From an uncultured Puia sp. (GTDB lineage: Bacteria; Bacteroidota; Bacteroidia; Chitinophagales; Chitinophagaceae): a stretch of 44,250 nucleotides of DNA. The stretch is taken from contig CAZZYD010000001.1 in the NCBI GenBank assembly GCA_964658175.1, forward strand, positions 1 through 44,250. The letters are read 5' to 3'. Positions 38,663 through 44,250 of this stretch are shown here, in pieces. Both the position numbers and the translations under genes were made by a program. Numbering within the stretch: the stretch's first letter is position 1; the number at the start of each line of letters is the position of its first letter. The notes beneath the pieces are model-generated. The model was not told the origin of the DNA, did not search any database, and saw nothing but the letters and a program-made list of their open reading frames with translations.

Positions 38663-39303
38663 TCGACGCCATATTGAAAGGACTGGCCCTCGGAGTGGTG
38701 CTGGCATTGTCGGTAGGTCCCATTATTTTTACCATTGTCAAACAAAGCCTGAACAACGGGTACCGCGGGGGACTCAGCTTCGTGGTCGGCGTGTGGATCA
38801 GCGACATCATCCTCGTCGTACTGAGCAATGTTTTCACGGAATTTGTCGCCACCCTCCTCGAATATAAAAAAGACATCGCCTATGGCGGCAGCGCTTTTCT
38901 GATCTCCATGGGGGTGTACTTCGTTTTCTTCAAAAAAGTAAAATTGAATTCCACCGGAGGCATGGAACATGCCGAATCCTACGGCCTGCATGAAATGGCC
39001 AGAACGATGGCCTCGGGCTTTTTGATCAATACGCTGAACCCCGGCGTCCTGCTCTTCTGGCTGGGAAACGCCACGGTACTCTCCCTCACCCATACACTAA
39101 AACAACGGATCATTATTTTCTCCGTTTGCCTGCTGATCAATATGAGCGCCGATGTCGGCAAGGTGCTGATGGCCGGTAAACTCAGAAAGCGGCTCACCGT
39201 CCATAATCTTTCCATCATTAACAAAATCTCCGGTGCCATTCTCATCGGATTTGGAGTAGCTTTACTCTGGGGCGTTATCTTCCTTGGAAACAAGATCAAA
39301 TGA
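38659..39303 (+). CDS. LysE/RhtB family translocator
   Basis: LSVGPI...GV..SD and GFLINTLNP..LLFW motifs; multi-TM; ATGA overlap with the GH3 gene. Confidence 0.88.
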   Translation: MIDAILKGLALGVVLALSVGPIIFTIVKQSLNNGYRGGLSFVVGVWISDIILVVLSNVFTEFVATLLEYKKDIAYGGSAFLISMGVYFVFFKKVKLNSTGGMEHAESYGLHEMARTMASGFLINTLNPGVLLFWLGNATVLSLTHTLKQRIIIFSVCLLINMSADVGKVLMAGKLRKRLTVHNLSIINKISGAILIGFGVALLWGVIFLGNKIK

Positions 39304-39824
39304 AACTACTCATCTTCCTGTGTTTATTTATTCCGGTAGCCGGCTTCGGACAATCTGACGTACTGATCCTTCAAAAACACGGTAAAAATATCAGAAGCTA
39401 TATCCCGGGCGATCCGATCATCATGCAAACCGTCTATGACCAGTGGTTTGACGGAACACTGACCTCTCTGCATCACGACAGTGTTTCGGTAGATGGGATT
39501 GCCTTTCACTGGAAAGAAATAAAAGCGATCCGGTGGCGGCGGACCGGCCTGAATTATACGGTAGATGGAACCATACTGATGATCGCGGGCGCCGGCTGGC
39601 TGGCCATCAATGCCATCAATGGAATCTACCGGAAAGATGCGATCGGCGACTGGTATACCACCTCCGGGGTAGTCATCGGTGCGGCCCTGATCGGCGGCGG
39701 ATTTTTATTGAGAAAAGCGGCGGTAAAAACCTATCAGCTTGGACATAAGTACGACTTGCACTATCTTGAACTCACAGATCTCCGGAAGAGTTTAAAAAGC
39801 AGTCAACCAGTCAACCAACCCTAA
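39300..39824 (+). CDS. hypothetical membrane protein
   Basis: Signal peptide plus two C-terminal hydrophobic segments; ATGA overlap with the LysE gene. Confidence 0.7.
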   Translation: MKLLIFLCLFIPVAGFGQSDVLILQKHGKNIRSYIPGDPIIMQTVYDQWFDGTLTSLHHDSVSVDGIAFHWKEIKAIRWRRTGLNYTVDGTILMIAGAGWLAINAINGIYRKDAIGDWYTTSGVVIGAALIGGGFLLRKAAVKTYQLGHKYDLHYLELTDLRKSLKSSQPVNQP

Positions 39825-39833
39825 TTCATCTCA

Positions 39834-40535
39834 ATGGCCCTGAAAACCAAAGGACTGATCCCAAGGACCTGGAGATGGATCAAAAGAATTTTTCTCTTTC
39901 TCTTTCTTTTGCAGTTTTTTTATATCCTCCTGCTCAAATGGGTCAACCCGCCGATCACGATCACCCAACTGAGCAGTTTGCTGCATGGCTATGGACTCAA
40001 GCGCAACTACGTATCCATGAAAGAGATTTCGCCCTATGCGAAACTCGCCGTGATCGCTTCCGAAGATCAGCTCTTTCCCGATCACGATGGCTTCGATTTC
40101 AAATCGATTGAAAAAGCGATCAAGCACAATCAGAAGAGCAAGTCCATGCACGGCGCCAGCACCATCAGCCAGCAGGTGGCGAAAAATGTATTTTTATGGC
40201 AGGGCCGCACTTTTGTCCGCAAGGCGCTAGAAGCCTATTTTACTTTTATGATCGAGCTGATCTGGGGCAAAAAACGCATTCTGGAAGTCTATCTGAATGT
40301 AAGTGAGATGGGCAAAGGCGTTTTTGGGATCGATGCGGCAGCAAAAAATTATTTTAACAAACGCGCCAGGAACCTCAACCGCGCAGAAGCTTCGATGATC
40401 GCTTCCTGCTTTCCTAATCCGAAGGTATATACGATAAAACCGATGTGCCGGGAAGTAGCCAGGCGGTATCCATGGATCATGGTGCAGATGAATCACCTGG
40501 AAGATGATCCCGAAATCATCAAGCTGGTGCAGTAA
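39834..40535 (+). CDS. mtgA: monofunctional peptidoglycan transglycosylase
   Basis: ASEDQLFPDHDGFD, GASTISQQVAKN, RKALEAY and KKRILEVYLN GT51 motifs. Confidence 0.95.
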   Translation: MALKTKGLIPRTWRWIKRIFLFLFLLQFFYILLLKWVNPPITITQLSSLLHGYGLKRNYVSMKEISPYAKLAVIASEDQLFPDHDGFDFKSIEKAIKHNQKSKSMHGASTISQQVAKNVFLWQGRTFVRKALEAYFTFMIELIWGKKRILEVYLNVSEMGKGVFGIDAAAKNYFNKRARNLNRAEASMIASCFPNPKVYTIKPMCREVARRYPWIMVQMNHLEDDPEIIKLVQ

Positions 40536-41058
40536 ACCGGGCTTCCACCGCGCGGATGCCCTGCAGCAGGCGGTCTTCATAAAATTCTCCGGAAATTTCA
40601 ACCCACGGCGTGTCCTGGTTCACGAGCAGGTCTTTGTAGATATGAAATAGTTTCTGCCGGTTTTCCAGGTCGGGGTATTCTCTGAGTTCATCCTTTACCC
40701 AGGGCAGATCAGTGTTGCAGAGCAGGTAAAGATCGTACTGGCGCGATACGATCTGGTCGAGGATCCACTGGTGGCATTGCTCAAAAACAAACTCACACCA
40801 CACTTTCATCACATACATATCGGTGTCGATAAAAATCATGGAAGACCGCGTAGCCGCCGTCTTTTGGTCCTCCAGCTTTATTTGACCGCGCGCAATAGTT
40901 TCCAGGTCGGCGAAAAGATAATCTGTGCCGTGGCGAAGCAGGTATTCCCGCGCATATTCCGGCACCCAGTCTGTATGAAAATGCGCCGCCAGCAACTCAC
41001 ACAGGGTGGATTTACCGGTTGATTCCGGACCGATCACGACGATTTTTTTAGACGGCAT
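40519..41058 (-). CDS. NadR-type P-loop kinase domain (nicotinamide riboside kinase-like)
   Basis: GPESTGKST, PEYAREY, FIDTD and DLPWVKD.LRE motifs. Confidence 0.87.
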   Translation of the reverse strand: MPSKKIVVIGPESTGKSTLCELLAAHFHTDWVPEYAREYLLRHGTDYLFADLETIARGQIKLEDQKTAATRSSMIFIDTDMYVMKVWCEFVFEQCHQWILDQIVSRQYDLYLLCNTDLPWVKDELREYPDLENRQKLFHIYKDLLVNQDTPWVEISGEFYEDRLLQGIRAVEARFTAPA

Positions 41059-41674
41059 GCGCTGCGATTTTATTTCGCCAGGTTATATATCCCATCACCG
41101 CAAGAATCAGAAATACAAGATATTGAAAGCTGGCAAATACGAAATGCTTGTAAAAATTAAGCGGAACAGATGCCAGGTCCGTGATGATCCACCAGGTCCA
41201 GTTTTCCAGCTTTTTTTTATTCATCAGCCACATGCCGGTGTAGGCGGCGCCGGAAGTAAATGCATCCGCCAGCGGCACCGTACTTTTCGTGAGGTATTTC
41301 AGCACGAAAAAAAGCACGCTGAAACAAGCCAGGAAGAAAATAATCGCCTGTATCCATTCGCGTCTGTTGGATGCAGTAATCGAAATGGCCTGCCGGCCAC
41401 CCGATTTCCGGGACCACATAAACCATCCCACGATACTCATCACCGTATAATAGAAATTGACGGAGGCGTCTGCAAAAAGGCCGCCCGTCCAATACAGATA
41501 GATGAAGATCGCCGTGCTGATCATGCCCACGGGATATACAAGAATATTTTCTTTTCTTGAAAATACAACACTCGCGATACCACAGATCACCGCGATGTAT
41601 TCCAGCCAGGTGGTGGCCCGGAGATCCGTAAAAAACTGTTGGTAGATCGCCTGCAAAAGCGGTAGGTTTAGCAA
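41048..41674 (-). CDS. pnuC: PnuC family nicotinamide riboside/vitamin transporter (TTG start 41674 or 41656)
   Basis: EN...YPVG, DAFTS, K.LENW.WWII.D and GY..W motifs; multi-TM. Confidence 0.9.
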   Translation of the reverse strand: MLNLPLLQAIYQQFFTDLRATTWLEYIAVICGIASVVFSRKENILVYPVGMISTAIFIYLYWTGGLFADASVNFYYTVMSIVGWFMWSRKSGGRQAISITASNRREWIQAIIFFLACFSVLFFVLKYLTKSTVPLADAFTSGAAYTGMWLMNKKKLENWTWWIITDLASVPLNFYKHFVFASFQYLVFLILAVMGYITWRNKIAAHAV

Positions 41675-41675
41675 T

Positions 41676-41703
41676 AAAAAAAGCTACCGTTTTCAGTAGC
41701 TTT
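41676..41703 (-). terminator. rho-independent terminator after the Nfu gene
   Basis: Minus strand AAAGCTAC-TGAAAACG-GTAGCTTT followed by more T. Confidence 0.75.
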
Positions 41704-41723
41704 CAAATGTTTTGAAGGATCGC

Positions 41724-42320
41724 TTATTCGGCTTCCGCCACCACTTCACTCACTTCGGGGATCATGCGTTTCATCATCCCTTCAATACCTGCTTTCAGCG
41801 TGATCATGCTGGAGGGACAGCCGGAGCAGGATCCCTGGAGCATCAGATTCACCACCCCTTCGTTATAACTTCTGAACTGGATCGCACCGCCATCCATCTC
41901 AACCGCGGGTTTTACATAATTTTCGAGCAGCTCCTTGATCCTTTTCACCACATCATCATCGTCGGCGCCGATCACGTTATTGGCATCCGATTTCCTGACC
42001 ACGATCTCATCTTCGTTGATCACGGGTTTGCCTTCTTCCAGATAATCCTTGAGGAAAAGCCTGATCGCAGGGATCACATCACTCCAGTCCGTATCCGGTG
42101 TTTTGGTCAGGGTCACGAAATTGCTGGCGATAAATACAGCTTTGATAAAAGGGAAACCAAAGATTTCCACGGCAAGCGGAGATGGTTTTGCAGCAGCAAC
42201 TTCCTGAAAGTCAATGCTTTTGCCCGGATACAACAGTTTGTTTGCCACAAACTTCATCGTTTCCGGATTGGGCGTCATTTCTGTATAAATACTAATTACC
42301 GGATTGCCTGTTTTGATCAT
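41724..42320 (-). CDS. NifU/NfuA family Fe-S cluster carrier
   Basis: Nfu_N TPNPETMKF; C-terminal VKPAVEMDGG...GSCSGCPSS.ITLK; TACTTTTG at 42339-42346 (minus). Confidence 0.92.
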   Translation of the reverse strand: MIKTGNPVISIYTEMTPNPETMKFVANKLLYPGKSIDFQEVAAAKPSPLAVEIFGFPFIKAVFIASNFVTLTKTPDTDWSDVIPAIRLFLKDYLEEGKPVINEDEIVVRKSDANNVIGADDDDVVKRIKELLENYVKPAVEMDGGAIQFRSYNEGVVNLMLQGSCSGCPSSMITLKAGIEGMMKRMIPEVSEVVAEAE

Positions 42321-42386
42321 AGCACTGCATTTGAGTTACAAAAGTAACAAAATCCTTTTTGTCTTTGTTTCGAATGTAGAAAAACC

Positions 42387-42785
42387 TTAGCCGGCGCAGA
42401 TTTCCGGCGGATGGGCCCGGCGGTGAGACCTGGTATAGCGGAAATTACTGATATGGGCTGTCACAATGAAAATGACCGCGAAAGGCAGGAGCAGCAACTC
42501 GTAATGATGCCAGTACTGCTTGGCCAGTAAGAAAAGCATCCCGGAGGCGAACAGCAAAAACGGCACATAACTGCGGTGATGATGCCGGAAACCATGGCGA
42601 AGCGAATAAACGCCGATAACAAAAGCCAGCAGAATCATCCCGTATTCAAAAACCGGGTGATGTATGATGTTGATGCCCATGAAGGATAAGCTGGAGAGAA
42701 AGAGAGGCAGCACGGCGCAATGGATGGCGCAGGCTACGGAAGCCCCGATACCCAATACATCCGCGTTTAAAAAGCGTTTCCTCAT
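42387..42785 (-). CDS. MerC-domain membrane protein
   Basis: Start at ATG 42785; D.LGI.AS.ACAIHCAVLP motif; His-rich loop; four TM segments. Confidence 0.85.
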   Translation of the reverse strand: MRKRFLNADVLGIGASVACAIHCAVLPLFLSSLSFMGINIIHHPVFEYGMILLAFVIGVYSLRHGFRHHHRSYVPFLLFASGMLFLLAKQYWHHYELLLLPFAVIFIVTAHISNFRYTRSHRRAHPPEICAG

Positions 42786-42851
42786 CGACCGGCAAAGATA
42801 GCCAAATATGCGAAAACGGTGCATCACCGGCATGTAGTAAATTTGCGCAGG

Positions 42852-43511
42852 ATGTCTAAAAAAAGCTTGTTTTTCATTTTGTTCTTTGTGATCCTGTTTG
42901 CCGGGTTTTACTTCGTGCTGACGCGCATCATTCCCGGTTATGGAGAAGTGAGTTTTCCGGTGCTGAGCAGCGTCAAACCATTCTCTTTTGAAAACCAGAA
43001 CGGTCAGCGGATCACCAACCGCAACGTCTCCGGGAAAGTGTATGTGGCGGAATACTTTTTCACCACCTGCAAGGGCATCTGCCCGAAAATGAATACCAAT
43101 CTGCACCTGGTATACGACAAATTCAAAGACGATTCTGATTTTATGATCCTCTCCCACACCGTGGATCCCGAGACCGACAGTGTCGGCAGGCTCAAAATAT
43201 ATTCGGATTCGCTGGCGGTCAATGCGTCTCACTGGTTATTCCTGACCGGCACGAAAGACAGTCTCTATAAAGCTGCGCGGGAAAGCTACCTGCTGGACGA
43301 TCCGAAGAACAACAACCAGGATATCAGCGCCCAATTCATCCATACCCAGTTTTTTGCACTGGTGGATAAAAACGGTCAGGTGCGGAAAATTTTTGACGGC
43401 CTCAAGCACGACGAGATCAGTTCAATGGAAGAAGGTATCAGCCAGTTGCTGAAGGAAAAGGCAGGCGGCCCGCGATTTTCGAATTCATTGTTTACCAACA
43501 ACCCCAACTGA
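42852..43511 (+). CDS. SCO1/SenC family copper chaperone
   Basis: Start at ATG 42852; FFTTCKGICP, VDPETD, W.FLTG and H...FALVD motifs. Confidence 0.92.
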   Translation: MSKKSLFFILFFVILFAGFYFVLTRIIPGYGEVSFPVLSSVKPFSFENQNGQRITNRNVSGKVYVAEYFFTTCKGICPKMNTNLHLVYDKFKDDSDFMILSHTVDPETDSVGRLKIYSDSLAVNASHWLFLTGTKDSLYKAARESYLLDDPKNNNQDISAQFIHTQFFALVDKNGQVRKIFDGLKHDEISSMEEGISQLLKEKAGGPRFSNSLFTNNPN

Positions 43512-43519
43512 ACCGGTAT

Positions 43520-43557
43520 AAAAAGGAAAGCCCCGATGTGGAAACACCGGGACTTTT
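43520..43557 (-). terminator. rho-independent terminator (possibly bidirectional)
   Basis: Minus strand AAAGUCCCG-GUG-UUUC-CAC-AU-CGGGGCUUU then CCUUUUU. Confidence 0.8.
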
Positions 43558-43622
43558 GGTTAAGGCTCTGATTAGTACTATCGTTTAGTCTTTGCAGACC
43601 AATTTGTTCTTTTTTGCGGAGA
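43520..43622 (-). ncRNA. putative ~100-nt small RNA (unassigned)
   Basis: Promoter TTG-N20-TACATTTG (-7 element at 43628-43635, minus), GNRA hairpin at 43585-43602, terminator at 43520-43557; no credible ORF. Confidence 0.5.
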
Positions 43623-43689
43623 CGGAGCAAATGTAAGTTTGTAACCTGACTCCTGCAACATTCAACGATCCCATTTTACAGGTATTTTG

Positions 43690-44250
43690 TTATTGTTTTT
43701 CCAGGATCGCTTTCATTTTTCCTTCCACGAATTCCATCAGCGTCCGGATATGATCGCCGGAGAAATCAAACACCAGTCCTGCAGCGGCATACAGCTCGGG
43801 AAGCGTTTTCGTACCACCCAAACTCAGGGCATGTACGTAGTTTTCCAGGGCCTGTTCCTTGTTTTTACTATACTGCATCCAGAGTCCAATGGCACCCAGC
43901 TGCGCAATGCCATATTCAATATAGTAGAAGGGCACTTCAAACAGGTGCAATTGCTTTTGCCAGAAATTTTCGCGATATTTTTCGAGCCCGCTCCAGTCCA
44001 CTGTATTGGTTGAAAACTCGTTGAAAATGGCGAGCCAGTTGTCGGCGCGTTCAGCTTCCGTGTGGTTGGGATTTTCATATACCCAATGCTGGAATTTATC
44101 AACGGTGGCGATCCAGGGGAAAATGCTGATGACCCGTTCCAGCTGGTATAATTTCGCGCGGTTCAGATCTTTGGAGTCTTTAAAATAAACGTCCCAATGC
44201 TCCATGGTGAAAAGTTCCATGGCCATGCTGGCCACTTCGGCAATTTCCAT
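43690..44250 (-). CDS. M3 family oligoendopeptidase (PepF-like), 3' portion only
   Basis: EIAEVASMAME, D.FQHWVY and HLFEVPFYYIEY motifs; ORF runs off the window end. Confidence 0.9.
   Translation of the reverse strand: MEIAEVASMAMELFTMEHWDVYFKDSKDLNRAKLYQLERVISIFPWIATVDKFQHWVYENPNHTEAERADNWLAIFNEFSTNTVDWSGLEKYRENFWQKQLHLFEVPFYYIEYGIAQLGAIGLWMQYSKNKEQALENYVHALSLGGTKTLPELYAAAGLVFDFSGDHIRTLMEFVEGKMKAILEKQ

Noticed and set aside
42786-43232. 281-aa long form of the MerC ORF
   Set aside because: The extension is antisense to the SCO gene; MerC similarity and a promoter element support the 42785 start.
43376-43630. 84-aa minus-strand ORF over the putative sRNA
   Set aside because: Its TTG start lies inside the -7 element, it reads through a terminator and runs antisense into SCO.

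Overview
Gene-dense core-chromosome window from a member of the Bacteroidota, probably Chitinophagaceae-like (inferred from protein resemblance and repeated TTTG-N19/20-TAnnTTTG sigma-A promoter motifs). It holds about 49 CDSs, mostly housekeeping: an M16 peptidase pair, a fused E1 dehydrogenase, nadD, ybeY, mnmG, nadA, a PpiD-like PPIase, mgtE, thiL, nagA, recX, dnaN, rpoN, a UvrD/PcrA helicase, mtgA, pnuC and an Nfu-type Fe-S carrier. I see no rRNA, tRNA, CRISPR array, transposase, integrase or prophage. The points that deserve follow-up are: (1) a degenerate HNH-like gene (6240-6845) bracketed by a 34-bp inverted repeat made of a parS-like 16-mer plus a GTTTCA-N3-(T/G)GAAAC palindrome; (2) a likely oriC with no adjacent dnaA in the 561-bp nadA-ppiD gap; (3) a 49-aa Cys-containing putative lipoprotein gene (23242-23391) missed by the ORF track; (4) a putative ~100-nt sRNA with its own promoter and terminator (about 43520-43622, minus strand); (5) a KdnA-like aminotransferase with no kdnB in the window. 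All functional calls come from motif recognition and recall, with no database searches.
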